Positions 1-12,233 of a DNA stretch of 64,000 bases are shown one piece after another (the first letter of the stretch is position 1; every line of letters begins with the position of its first letter). The translations under genes and the position numbers were made by a program. Origin of the DNA: Tubiluchus corallicola (Eukaryota > Animalia > Priapulida); assembly GCA_030141605.1 (NCBI GenBank), contig JAQGDQ010000494.1:62001-126000 (forward strand), in the 5' to 3' direction. The notes under the pieces are model-generated. The model did no database searches and had not been told where the DNA came from. It saw nothing but the letters and a program-made list of their open reading frames with translations.

Positions 1-1010
1 ACGGGGTCTCGATGGGGCTGGGATAACACCTGAAGTGTCTACCTGAACGACATTTTCTATTTGTTGCGGTATTTCTAACTGGCTACCATTAATTATCGCA
101 GAATCGTTTATTATCTGCGTCTCTACACCATCGATAATGTGAATTTGTCCGCTTTCCAAAGACGCGAGATTGTTAGACACGGTCATCGCTTCCGCAATTT
201 GCAAGAGCTCCGCGTCTCCAGTTACCTCCGTGATCTGGGTAATCTCCCATTGCTGTGCGGCATCGTCCACAGCATCAGGCTTCAATCCATTGGTAGAAGA
301 ATGTCCGCCAAGAATTTGCTCGCCGACTAGAGCTTCTGTATCGGGGGAATGACGTGAATTGCCACCACTGTGCCCAAGCTGTTTACCGACACTGTGCTCC
401 AACTTTGACAACTCAATTTGTCCCTCCATTACATCGTCGGTCAACACAACGATGTGAGTTTCCTTCTGCTCTTGTGGTGGCAGCTCCAGATGAACTTGTC
501 CTTCCTTCTTTTCTTGTTCTTCTTTGTTGTACTCCAGCTGGGCAGACGTGTGCGACATGTCGCTTTGTAAATCCTCAACAGGCAGCTCTACAAGCATACA
601 TTCTGTCAGTTCGTCCTTTTCTGAAACCAACGCAGAACCGGCATCGACACTGTTACTGCTCCAGCTGGTGGAAAAGTCTTCCGCGGCATTGAAAACCAAG
701 TTCACCGAATCGGCGATACAAACTTGTTGAACATCCTCCGATGACAGCGAGTCGCTGTCCGGCTTTGGAGAAAGAGAAGTCAAATATCGTGGTTTGTGTG
801 CGGCATGCTTAGGCGGCCGACCTCTTCTTGCTGGGACGTTGCCAACAGCAGGAGAAGGTAGCACTATGGTTTTGCCCGACTTTGATCTCGTACGTGGTAG
901 CTCGACCTCGGCCACCTTGTATCGGGTAACCTTTGTGGGTGACATCTCCTGAGCTTGGGGTATACTGATCACATTCAACATTGCTTTATCCATTTGTGCC
1001 ACAAAGGTCC
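1..1010 (-). CDS. Large coding exon of an AT-hook-containing, low-complexity/acidic nuclear protein (partial; continues past the window start)
   Basis: The minus frame is open from 1008 to position 1 with no stop, so it is absent from the ORF track. It follows a cctattgcAG acceptor at 1012-1011. First ATG at 993: MDKAMLNVISIPQAQEMSPTKVTRYKVAEVELPRTRSKSGKTIVLPSPAVGNVPARRGRPPKHAAHKPRY... AT-hook core RRGRPPK at about 808-828. GC content is higher than the flanking intron. Confidence 0.8.
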
Positions 1011-1324
1011 CTGCAATAGGGAAAAATGAAACAAAATTAAAATAAACACAGAAAACCATCAGCTTACAATAAGATGTGTGAGGTTTGTTAAAGTACGGTA
1101 CCGTTGTAGCCAACAACAGTACAAATGAATCATACCTTCATGTATTAAGATACTTCATCAAAGACCTTCATCATTCAATTCACATCGTTCTTCAGTCATC
1201 AATTCTAAAAGCACAAAACCGTCGATAATAACACTGATGAAAGTTGTTGGAAACGATCATGGCATCTTTTCAAGGAATTATTTTAGAAATGTAACCAAAA
1301 GGAACCAGGCGTTCCTGAACTGAA

Positions 1325-1640
1325 AGGAAGGCAGGAAGATTTTTCATATACTGCCCCATTTTGAAGTCCGATAAAAAGTATACATTTTAGCACAATTAAT
1401 ACTGCAACAAAATCGTTTTTGATAATTAAATAATAGATTAAAAACTTAATAAACAGCGGGAGAGCCCAACTAATGATGGCATCACAAACTAGCATAATTT
1501 TCAACATCAAAAATATTCCAAGAAAGTCTTGCCCGTGTTTACGAAAGCAAAGACTGAAGTACAGTGCCACCGTAAGATATTTGGTGTGTTGTAATAAAAC
1601 TAGTCAAGATTTAAGATAAAAATTCAAATTTCAAAATTTC
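1325..1640 (+). mobile_element. Partial copy of dispersed TTAA-flanked MITE family A (Kolobok-like)
   Basis: Closely similar to 48821-49140 (same orientation) and to the reverse complement of 57370-57684 and 6975-7280. Confidence 0.7.
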
Positions 1641-1768
1641 TGCTGAACTGAGAGATACATCAGCGAAGAGTTAGCGATGCAAATGTGAAATTGTGTTTTA
1701 AAAGTTAGTCCACCCAGACACTTGACTAAATGCTCTAACATAAATTAATACGATCCACGATTGCTTAA

Positions 1769-2286
1769 AGAAAAAGCCAGACAATTGTGTAAACTTTAGT
1801 TCAAAACAAAGTACGCTCTAAAATATTGAAAACTACAACAGCTTTTTTTAGACCATAAGCTTAGATTAAATAACAATTACCTCAGATAGTTAAATTTTAT
1901 TGAACTTTCAAAGCTCAGTGAATCCACTAAGATTAGCAATGGCGCCTTTTTGTTACATTTGCGTTGCCGAAAAATAGGCTCGGTACCGTTATAAGCATGA
2001 TCATGAACAGCAGTGTTCGTCTGTGACATAGAGCTCATTTTTGTGACATCACATTAGCATGTTATAGCAATCTTACTTATGCAAACGTACAAGGAAGATG
2101 CCTACCATTGCACAAACTATGGTTAGTTTGTGACTCAAGTGACAGCTGTGTTTGGCTCTCATTAATTAACTTTCCAAGATAATTACTCAAATAATACAAA
2201 TAATTGTTAACTTTTATAGGCAAAAAATGTGTATTTTGGACAATAAATAAAAATGAGATCAAGTCTAATCAATCGTCTGTTTTACT
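1769..2286 (-). mobile_element. TTAA-flanked MITE family B (Kolobok-like), inverted copy of 5395-5943
   Basis: ttaa|agaaaaagccagacaattgtgtaaac ... caatcgtctgttttact|ttat; the internal sequence is the reverse complement of 5395-5943. Confidence 0.7.
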
Positions 2287-3224
2287 TTATACAGTAACAG
2301 TAAGATTTCGCACACTTCACTACTCTTTCCAACCATTTAATGCACTAAGAAAAAAAATTATCTCACCAATTAGAGGCAAAACAACATGATACAAGATAAA
2401 ACAAATGTTCAGTCTAAGGCTTGACATTCTAATTTCATTAAGACACAGCACTATCAAATATCATAATCAATCATTAGTCAATCACGGATCACTTTTAAAA
2501 CTTGAACATAGACCGATTCCCAACATTATAAGAGGCATATTTGAGACCGATTCCCAACATTATAAGAGGCATATAAAATTTTTTCTTTTTACTTTAGCGT
2601 GGCAACAAGTTCGAAAGTCTCTGTCGTATTGATTGGCAATTAATAGAGTAATTGAAATAATTGAGATTAGAACTAAATATAAATTGATATAATCGATATA
2701 CGTAATTCATTTAATTGAGACCAAAACATAAGTGTTATACACAGATTAAAAGACAGTATTTTAGCACAAATAAATCGAAATTTTGCATTTTTTCTTCGTT
2801 CTTCTCATCTTACATGATGCGTACAATTGCAAAGTACAGTGTTGCAGACTGGAGCTTCTTATTCGCTTTCATGTGACGTGTGTAGTTGACATAGTAATAG
2901 AGTAGTTAATGAATGTACGTAGTAGTACTCTGTAAGCAGTAGTTTACGAGTAGGAAAACTGCAGACAGCGTCGAAAGCCATAAAGTTTAAAGGTTATATT
3001 TCAGCGCTGCAGTGTTTGAAAATCATGGCTAAAACACCAAAAAATTACCGCTAAAGATTAATCGTGATATCGAATTACAAGAACAAGGTTGTGATCGAAT
3101 TATAACATTTAAAAAACGCCCATCACTACTCTGTTGACTCGAAGAAAGATGCAATATAAAAATGTCAAATTATAAATACGAGTCCATTAAGGTTGAATAT
3201 ATTTTAGGCATTGGAACAACTCAC

Positions 3225-3324
3225 CTACAATGGAGATGCAGCTGTAATGTAGTCAGCTAAACTGATTTCCTAAGCAGGAGGCATTTTCCATGGCACCGTC
3301 ATCGACCATCAGCTACTCAATAAT
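3225..3324 (-). other. Probable 5' UTR exon of the AT-hook gene
   Basis: Minus-strand tttttAG acceptor at 3326-3325 and GTGAGT donor at 3224-3219 around a 100-nt block richer in GC than its flanks. It contains a short ATG-to-TGA ORF. Confidence 0.5.
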
Positions 3325-5293
3325 CTAAAAAAATTTAAAAAATGAGCAGATCAATAAGAAACAGTCATAAATGATTAATGAGCAAAATTTTACTGTCGAC
3401 AATATACTGTAAACTGATTCACATTTAGAACCTGTTATTCAAGCAAATACTAGCTAGAATTTAAACTTCAGTGTTTAAAAATATTCCCTGCCCTGCTCCA
3501 CGATTATAATTACTTAATATTTAAAAAACTTTTGATGCTAAACTAATTGGAGAAAATAAATGTTCTATGTCTATCTGTCTATGTCTTAAACTTTCAGCCT
3601 TTACAAAACCTGTGATAAGTAAACCAATACTCACAGAACAATATTCACATGCACTACCTTACTAAACAGCTACTGATCTTACAGGGAGTGCCGTCTGTCA
3701 ATTCAACAGGGCAGTGGCCAGTTATTATAATCATCTGCTGCCAACACAGGGCAGACTCACCTGAGACAATTTCACTCACCAGTGTAAATTTCATGTCTTA
3801 ATGCGACGAACAGCTGTCAAATGTAAAAACTTGGAGAGATTTGAAATTTTTTTTTTAGCAAAATTTTATGCAGAATGAATATTCTACAGGTTTATATTGA
3901 ACAGTTTTAGACACAAGTTACGACTTAGAAGGCTTTGAAGTGAATACTCTGTAAAAATGCTGCAAATTTTTCGATTTATCGGGTTAATATTTACTTCATT
4001 AGACAAAAACCTAAACATTAAATTTAGAGTGCTAGAAAGAAAATTTAATTCTCTTTCAGAAAATATATTGGTTTACACTCGTATCTCACTCAGTTAGGCC
4101 TTCTTTTACTCGGGAATGTCAAAACCACCCAAATATTCATAATCGCGAAGGAGTTAATGAACTTAATGTTAGTGATGAATAAACTTTTTGAAATGAATTT
4201 CTGACACTGGTGCGCCATGCTAGAAAAGTAATGATAATAATAACAATAACGAGTGGAATAGTACACCTCTGCCTCTTCGAGTTCCACAAGCACCTTGAAA
4301 CAGACCAGTCTGTAAACCAGTCCGATTGGTAGCTACTTCTAATTATGCTAGTACTACCAACCAGGTCTACTCCCATTACCACACTAAAAAGCGATTGACA
4401 CATAACGTATTTTATTCGTTTTTCGAAGCTCTACTTTTATAAAAGTTTCGACTCGAAATTTCACACTAAGCAGGCGACCAAATCTTGCAATTGAACAAAA
4501 CAACAGAACATAAGTCGTGACTGACAAAAGAACATGCAACATAAATGATTTTTTTAGTCTTTTCAAGCTACATTTGTTTGTGAAACAAAACGCACCTGGC
4601 CCTCCCCCGTGCGATTACTCTATGTAGAATAAACCACGTTTGTGTATGTCACGCCAAAATGTCGTTATTAGCTGGAAAATAAGCCAAAAACGTGCCTGAA
4701 ATTGCAAATCAGCAAAGAGTATGGAAACTTTAGGAAAGTTAATGACTTATGACGCACCGCCTAAGTTCTGTCTGCTCTCGCGCCCGACATATTTCTGCTC
4801 TAGCGCATTTTAAGTTGAACATGCTAAATTGGCTATACTTATATAAGAGATTGTAATGAAAACTGAGAAGTAGTGCTGGTTTTAAGACAAAAGTGATGTC
4901 GATTTTATAATTAAAACTTATATTTATTAAATTCATAATTTTGTAAATTTTGTTCTATAGCGAAACAACAACTGCTTTTTACTGATCAATTATAAGTATA
5001 ATCATGCCCGCCTAGGGTGGAAGATCTTTGTCATTAATGATAGCCCATCTACAATTTATTAGTTAGTATTATTAACAAAACTGATCTATTAGAACTATTA
5101 TAGTAGTGCAGGCAACAGAGAGTTGCTCAAAATTGCCAATTAAGAATTGAAAGAACCTACAAAAATTATTATTAAATTTTTAACGGAAAAGAAGGACTTG
5201 TGAATGATCGTGACAAATTTAAGCCTAGAACTTCGCGATTACTAGTTTAACGCCCATGACCAAGTATAAAAGATACATAATCACAGAGGATTT

Positions 5294-5364
5294 GTGACGT
5301 CACTGTTTCTCCTCAGGAAAATTCACAGGGTAAAACTGCGAAATCAATGATAATGCGCATGCGT
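5294..5364. promoter_or_regulatory. CRE palindrome plus NRF1-like motif
   Basis: GTGACGTCAC at 5294-5303 and TGCGCATGCGT at 5354-5364, upstream of the minus-strand gene. Confidence 0.3.
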
Positions 5365-5394
5365 GACAAAGGAAACACAAAACTGTTCATTTAA

Positions 5395-5943
5395 AGGAAA
5401 ATCAGACGATTGTTTAGACTCAATCTCATCTTAATTTACTGTCCAAAATATACATTTCTTGCCTATAAAAGTTAACAATTGTTACTTATATTTGAACAAT
5501 TAACTTTGAAAGCTTATTAACGGCAACCGAACACAGCTATTGCTTACGCCAGAAACTAACCACAGTTTGTGCAATATCAGGCGTCTTCCCATGCGTGTCA
5601 AGCACATTTGCATAGGTGTTACAGTACTGCTTAAACGCATGGTGTCACGAAAAATGGGCTTTACATCATATGACGTCATGAAACTAACACAGCAGTTCAT
5701 GATCATGGTTTTCATGGTACCGCCTTCTATATGTTGGCCAGCGCACGTGACAAAAAGGCGCCGTTGCCAATGTCAGTAGATTCACTGAGCCGTGCGTAGA
5801 TTTGAAAGTTCAACGAAATTTGAGTATCCGAGGTAATTATTATTTAATCATAAGCTCTGATTTAAAAAAAGCTATTGTAGTTTTCAATATTTTAGAGCAA
5901 ACTTTATTCTGAAGTAATGTTTACACAATCGTCCGGTTTTCCT
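5395..5943 (+). mobile_element. TTAA-flanked MITE family B (Kolobok-like)
   Basis: ttaa|AGGAAAATCAGACGATTGT ... ACAATCGTCCGGTTTTCCT|ttac: imperfect TIRs, AGG/CCT ends and a TTAA-type target. Confidence 0.75.
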
Positions 5944-6169
5944 TTACAATCGTTCGAACGTTTGATGCTCTCCCCGAAGGATAATGAACAGCAAATTGAA
6001 AATTTCTGATTACAGTGAATAAAATCTCTATTTACAGAGATCTTTGATGTGTATTACGACACCATTAAAAATGACTGTGAAATTAATGGTGCGGATGTCT
6101 TTATAGAGAAGCTTTGAAAGTAGCTTTAAAAGCTTAATGAAATTTGAATATCCGAGGTAATTATGTCCG

Positions 6170-6770
6170 AGGTAAAACATAAACTTCTTCCCACTTTCTT
6201 TTTAAACCCATTATCTATCAACGTAAAACATTACTCAACAAGATTTAACGAATTTCGTATTAAGTATTGCAGGACTGACGCGGCAAGGCACTTCATCACT
6301 AACACTGGTCCTAGACTTTGGAATAACATCAACGACTACATAAAAAATTCTTTATCTATAAATAACTTCAAAAGAAATCTTAAAAGTGAAATCTTTTCTA
6401 ATTATACAGAATAAATCAATTTGATTAATTACGCTGCTGTCCCTGTCGGAATCCATTGCGTTGCTGGCTATGTCAGTTTTAACATTTCTATAGTTCACGT
6501 TACTTCATACAGATACCATCACGTATTTCTCTTTTCTATTCTCTATTAACCTTTCTTTCTACTCCTTTACTGCTCTTTTCTATTACACTCAGTCCACATT
6601 CTTTTGGGGTGCTCTAAACAAGTAATTACTTCTTGAGTACCCCACGGGTCATTTGCGGCTTGGCATCTTGTGTACATAATAATAAATATGTTATTAAATA
6701 CTTTTATGTACAATGCTGTAATGATCGTTGTGGATATATTTAATAAATAAATAAATAATAAAATAATAAT
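6170..6770 (+). mobile_element. 5'-truncated CR1/L2-group LINE 3' end inserted into a family B fragment
   Basis: HYSTR...CRT....FITNTGPRLWNNI...IKNSLSINNFKRNLK is the typical ORF2 C-terminus, followed by a 3' UTR and (AAAT)n/(AAT)n tail. Family B sequence is present on both sides (6115-6165 and 6775-6830). Confidence 0.7.
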
Positions 6771-6974
6771 TATTTTGGAGCATTCTTTATTCTGAACTCG
6801 TGTTTTCACAATCATCCGGTTTTCCTTTAAGTGTAGACATAACCGGACTATAACCTTTTGGGGTCCCTAGGCTATTGGAGTTATGGGTCAACACAAATTT
6901 TTTACTCGTGATATATTTTGTAATCTTTACATAGCCCGAAATAAACTTATTGCAAATTCTTTAATGCGTGAACA

Positions 6975-7280
6975 CAGCGGTAAATTTGAATTTGAATTTT
7001 TTTCTTAAAACTTGCCGAGTATTAGTACAACGTACTGAATTTGACACAGTAGTGCCACTTTCGCAAACACGTGCAACAATGGAATATTTAGCTGATGAAA
7101 ATTATGTTCGTTTGTGATGTCATCAATAATTGGGCTCGCCCGCCATTAATTAAATTTTAATCTATTGTTTTATTATCTATTGTTTTAAAAAGCACTTTTG
7201 CTGCATTTTCGTTGTTAAAACGCATATATTTTACCGTACTTGAAAATGTTGTAGTATGTTAAAAATCACCCTGTTTTCCT
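6975..7280 (-). mobile_element. Partial family A MITE (inverted)
   Basis: Matches 57370-57684 and ends ...gttttcct|ttaa. Confidence 0.65.
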
Positions 7281-7603
7281 TTAAGAAATACTGCCATTTT
7301 GCGATTTATTGCAGACCAAATTATCACATATTTCAACACAATATATGAGAAGAAAAACAGATTTTTTACCGAATTTTACCAAACCTTGAGGGCGTTCAAA
7401 CTATACTAACTTAAAGGTATATCTCCCGCTAGTATAGTCTATTATATATGATTAGATTTCCAGAAACCGTGCATCTAATTTTAAAGGGCGACAGCTGCAG
7501 AAATACTCAGCTTTAATAATTTATCTCTTTCAGACGGAGGCGAGCATACCCAATGCAAATATAGACGATCACTGATGTTGCGTGGTTCACTGTTAACCCA
7601 GGC

Positions 7604-8040
7604 TGCGCCTTCCTTTGTGCATGGCTTCATGAAATGTGGAAAGACGGGTTTTAATTACACCTTCATGGTGAATTTCACGTGAGTGACGTAATAAGCGTTT
7701 GCAATATCCTCATATAACTTGATAAGTTTGACATTGACTCGTTGTTAGTAGAATCTTACTGTGGTTCGTACAATTCAAAATGCAATCTGGTAAACTGTGA
7801 ACGGTTTCTAGCTATCAGTTTCATTAACTATTTCGTAATTGAATAAGATTTATTCTGTATTTTTACTTTAATTTCAGTAAATTTTTCTTGTGACGTTTTG
7901 CATCTGCGCCTTTCTTCGTGCATAGCTTCGTGAAATATACAAAGACGGGTTTTAATTACACCTTTAGGGCGAATTTCACCTGAGTGAAGTAACAAGCTTT
8001 CATATATCCTTGCGCAAGTTAATAAAATTGACATTGACGC
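7604..8040. repeat. Local direct duplication (~140 bp blocks at 7604-7740 and 7903-8040; 7760-7902 recurs at ~8712-8850)
   Basis: Shared strings such as aagacgggttttaattacacc and ttcttgtgacgttttgcat. Confidence 0.65.
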
Positions 8041-8145
8041 CATCTTTACATCGACTCTGCACACAATAATATGTGTAGAAACAGTCACATTAAGGACAGC
8101 TTTGTTTGTAAGCAGCTACAGTACTTTTATCATATGCACTAATAT

Positions 8146-8583
8146 TGTGAAAGTTGTAACTGTATATTTTAGGTGCTGCCATCTATTGATTAGTTACTTT
8201 AACATTTTACTAGTTAAACTCACCCCTAGTACAATTGCTCCGTCCAGTGAATATGCAAACTCACTGGAGATCTCCCCTATTTTACTGTAATGGGATATGT
8301 GAAGCCAAGTTTTTGCATAGTTCTCTACCTATATATACTGGCTGGATTTCACTTCTAGCCTCTGTCTCTCTGTCACGCTCTCAGTGACGTGCAGTCGTGC
8401 TACACACTGTCTAATTCTTCGTGATCAGTGCAGGACACTCTGGTCCTCAGTGTAGTTTAGCAGTCATGTTTCATATAACTCTGTAGTGTAATAAAAGTGT
8501 TTCAGTTTTTGTGCAAACATGTAATCTAGTGTTTAGTTGTTTTCTACAAGTGTTCAATTTCAACTTCATAACTAACTTTCACA
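8146..8583 (+). mobile_element. Solo LTR
   Basis: Perfect 10-bp terminal inverted repeat TGTGAAAGTT...AACTTTCACA, flanks aatat/aatgt (4/5 TSD), internal TATATATA (~8330) and AATAAA (~8490). Confidence 0.65.
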
Positions 8584-8893
8584 AATGTTATCATACCAGT
8601 TTTGCTTTGAATCTGTCACCCGTTTATCCCCTGCAATTAACCTCGTTGTTTCTGGGAGCTAAACATTAAATCAGTTGCCCGGCGGTTTGCTTTTAAAGCT
8701 CCCCCTGCTTTTACTGTGATTCGTACATTACAAAATGCAAACAATGAACAGTTTTTTCCTGTCAATTTCATTAACCATTTCGTAACTGAATAAGATTTAC
8801 TCTGCATTTTTATTTTTATTTTAGCCAATTTTTCTTGTGACGTTTTGCATTTTTAGATGTTTTAAAACATTATTTTAGTCATTGGTGTAGCTA

Positions 8894-9039
8894 ATAGGGG
8901 ACGGAAATTACAGAAATCGCAACTAAATTGTGCTGAATGCACGATGTTTCAAATGTCTTATTGATAAACATCGTATATAGTTACTGCAATTAAGAATTTT
9001 AGGTTCGAATCGAATTCGAGCGTTCGATGTCCACCCCTA
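8894..9039. mobile_element. Short degenerate member of the TAGGGG...CCCCTA hAT-type MITE family C
   Basis: tagggg start, ttcgaatcgaattcga motif and gttcgatgtccacccta end, as in 34993-35381 and 54065-54863. Confidence 0.45.
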
Positions 9040-9827
9040 CTTCTCATAGTCTGCCCCCAAATCAACCTTGTTCGTTTGTTCGTTCTGTTGCTGGTTGTTT
9101 ACCGTGCTGTTTTATTTGCGCGCTTCTGTGGCTCTGTTTCTTATTCTGATTCAAATATTCATGAAGTAATATCCCATAGCATCAGTCTTACTCTTTAGAA
9201 TCATAAAATTTATGTTTAATGCATTAGCTGGTGCTTTGTGCAACACAGTGTCGTATTTATACCTACGTCAACAAGTCCATGAATCAGCGTAGTTCTAGCA
9301 CCGGGTTAAAGTACACCAAGATGGCGCTTGTGTTGAGTTGTCTAACGTGTGCGTGAGAATTCATTTGATTTTTTTACCACAAATGTGCCGTTTTAACACG
9401 TTATGTTGATAACTCATGATGCGTTTAGCACGCGGTTTTAGTTTATAAATTTTGGGCAGAAAAAACCATTTTTGAGGTGCGCGATCCGTTGAAGGTAGGT
9501 AGAATTGTAATAACACTGTGACAGTTTTAACAAAATTGTTATTTTCTGACTCATGTAATTCAAAAATGCATTGACTTAACTCAAGTAACACGACGATCAA
9601 GTAAGTTCGAAACTTAAACTCGTAAGCTTTTGTGTAACCAAGGACCTCTATAACTAAAGTGGACGTTACACATAAATTTTGTATCTACGCAGTCAGGCCA
9701 TCGCATATTATGAGATAAATGATGTTTGTCTTACTAGTTTAAGTGATAAATTTTAGCCATTCGTGCACACAAACCCATTTCTGAGTACAGGATAAAAATA
9801 TTCATTAGCCGGAGATCGTAGACAATA

Positions 9828-9853
9828 GTCACGTGACGCAGCACGTGTCACGT
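9828..9853. promoter_or_regulatory. E-box cluster upstream of the galactosyltransferase coding exon
   Basis: GTCACGTGAC (9828-9837), CACGTG (9842-9847) and a further CACGT. A YY1-like CAAGATGGCG lies at 9317-9326. Confidence 0.3.
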
Positions 9854-10111
9854 CCATTTAGCTATAGAGGTCCTTGGTGTAACTTAAGACATTTCGAAAC
9901 TATGGCGTTTGTTTTGTGTAACTATATTTTTATTGTTGTTTATAAAGTTGTACAATGCCTTTTTAGTAGCCTATCTACTGTACTTACAAATACTGTAGCT
10001 CTGTTCCACAACGTTTCATCTGTTATCTATGGAGTATGGATATGGAGATCTGTTAGGTAGTTGTTACGTAATGGACTTACTGCCATAACAGAAAAAAACA
10101 GAAATTTTAGT

Positions 10112-10260
10112 TGTACCATTTTTACCGAGCCATTTTTTTCCTGTGTCATTTTTACCTGTGCCATGTTTACCTGTGCCATTTTTTCCTGTGTCATTTTTAC
10201 TGTGCCATTTTCTCCCGTGCCATTTTTACCATGCCATTTTTTCCTGTGAAATTTTACCTA
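10112..10260. repeat. Degenerate ~15-bp tandem repeat (tgtgccatttttacc)
   Basis: About 9-10 degenerate units; typical of the subterminal repeats of non-autonomous DNA elements. Confidence 0.7.
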
Positions 10261-10727
10261 CATTCATTATTTGCATATTGTAGCTAGTGATGTTTCATCA
10301 GGTTCTTCAGTAGCCTGTAAGCCAAATTGGACAATGTGGGCGAAGCTTTGTTGTACAGGACTAATTATTATAACGTTACACGCCAATTAAGACGTTACAA
10401 ACACACAATTAACTACGTTTTGATACCAAACTAAACCAAACTAAATGATGTCAAAGTTTAGTTAATTCTATACTTGTAACGTCAAATTTAGATTGTAATA
10501 ATTAATTAATCACCTGTAGTTGTTTGATACTGATAAGCCACTACCATATTAGCGGTTTGGTTTTTGCATGATTACTGCTGTGTTTACCTGTCTGAAAGGC
10601 AGACTTCATTTATCTTAGAATTCTGCATGCTCAATGTCTACAGTAGACATGATCGGTGATGAAGATGATGATACGTGATTGTGGTGATCGATCGATTTAT
10701 TTTTCACTTATTTTTTTTAGGGAGGCC

Positions 10728-11924
10728 ATGCGACGATTTTTCACTGTTTGGGCGTTGAACAAGTACTTGTTCGTCTGCTGCTTGATTACAATAGTCAACT
10801 TGTCAGGACTGTACCTCATCACACCGATACTAAATCATCATCAATCTGTTGGAAATACGATGAATTTTACGCTTTTACGTGATACTAAAATGCACGAAAA
10901 CATTGTTGCTGCGAATGTTGTGGAAGTGAATAAGAAAAACATGAGCGTCGATGAGCTATCTAATGGAATTACTGTGAAAAGTCGAAAAGTCGTGAATTCA
11001 GTTAATCATGGTTTTAGTACTTCCGCGAATCGATCTCATGCTGTGATATACAATGTGGCTGATCTCAAATACGTCACACTAAACATGAACAATGACGTCT
11101 GTGGGGCTGATGACGTGTTTCTCATTGTCGTCGTGCACAGTGGCATTGATCACGAGCAAAACCGCAATGCTATGAGACAGACATGGGCCTCGCGAAAGCG
11201 CGTCCTTCATCGTCAAGTCAGACTGGTGTTTGTCGTGGGTCTGTCAGACAATGCTGACAAGCAGAGCACTCTAGCGGCGGAAAATGTAAAATATCACGAT
11301 ATTGTCCAAGGAGACTATCTTGATTCCTATCGAAACATGTCATACAAACACATTCTAGGATTAAAATGGTGCTTAAATTTCTGCAGCCAAGCGAATTTTT
11401 TTCTAAAACTAGACGATGACGTACACGTGCATATATTTAATTTGATTGACTACCTAAATGACGTCATTACAAACAATAATGGCGGACCCGGTGCAGGCAT
11501 GTATTGTAGAACATGGTACTCGACTCCAGCACGAAAGTCTAAGAAAAACAAGTGGTACGTCAGCGAATTAGATTACAACTCCACGGGGTACCCTGCCTAC
11601 TGCTGGGGCGGTGCAATGATTTACACCCCTCACGCGGCTAAAGTGATTACGGATCTGGCCGCTGAACGGCGCTATTTCTGGATTGATGATGTCTGGGTTA
11701 GTGGATTGTTGAGGACAGAAGCAAACATAAGTATCACTGATATGAACAAAACCCTAGTGGCCGCATACCCAACTGAAGAACTGAAAAAGGTCCTACTGTG
11801 GTCAGAAGAAAATGATGATAGGGATATTCAAATCATTTTTTCGTTGAATAGGGGTCATTCGCGTCAATATCCGAAAAATGCTCAAAAATTTTGGGGCAAA
11901 CTAATCAGAATACGAAAGTTGTGA
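10728..11924 (+). CDS. Beta-1,3-galactosyltransferase, GT31 family (B3GALT1/brainiac-like), type II Golgi membrane protein, 398 aa, single coding exon
   Basis: ATG at 10728 just after a ttttttttAG acceptor (10720). N-terminal TM segment, then GT31 motifs FLIVVVHS, RNAMRQTW, ENVKYHDIVQGDYLDSYRNMSYK, KLDDD (DxD), YPAYCWG and IDDVWVSGLL. Confidence 0.93.
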   Translation: MRRFFTVWALNKYLFVCCLITIVNLSGLYLITPILNHHQSVGNTMNFTLLRDTKMHENIVAANVVEVNKKNMSVDELSNGITVKSRKVVNSVNHGFSTSANRSHAVIYNVADLKYVTLNMNNDVCGADDVFLIVVVHSGIDHEQNRNAMRQTWASRKRVLHRQVRLVFVVGLSDNADKQSTLAAENVKYHDIVQGDYLDSYRNMSYKHILGLKWCLNFCSQANFFLKLDDDVHVHIFNLIDYLNDVITNNNGGPGAGMYCRTWYSTPARKSKKNKWYVSELDYNSTGYPAYCWGGAMIYTPHAAKVITDLAAERRYFWIDDVWVSGLLRTEANISITDMNKTLVAAYPTEELKKVLLWSEENDDRDIQIIFSLNRGHSRQYPKNAQKFWGKLIRIRKL

Positions 11925-12233
11925 TTGAGTAGATCTGATAAATCTAGTAGATCTGAGTCGTGCAGAATTCAACTCAATTTATATCTCAATAGTTTATTAT
12001 TGTTTGCTATAGGTTACGCACAAAATTGTTTGCTTAAGGCCACGTGTTACACAGAAAAAGTCGTAAGAAGCAAGCCAAAATTCGTAAGCCACAAGGCGTC
12101 TTTCAGCTTCCGTAAGGTGCATGTCGTAATCCGCGGTGTGCGCCTCGTTCTGTGTAACTAGCATTGCGAATTGGCATACCCGTTTTGTATGCGGGAGGCA
12201 GGAAACTACTGTATTTTAATAGTGAAAATAATT

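Noticed and set aside
139-730. Four short plus-strand ORFs
   Set aside because: They are antisense shadows of the long minus-strand exon.
10656-10727. N-terminal extension of the GT31 ORF (MMKMMIRD...)
   Set aside because: It spans a polypyrimidine tract and AG acceptor at 10720, so it is intronic; ATG 10728 is preferred.
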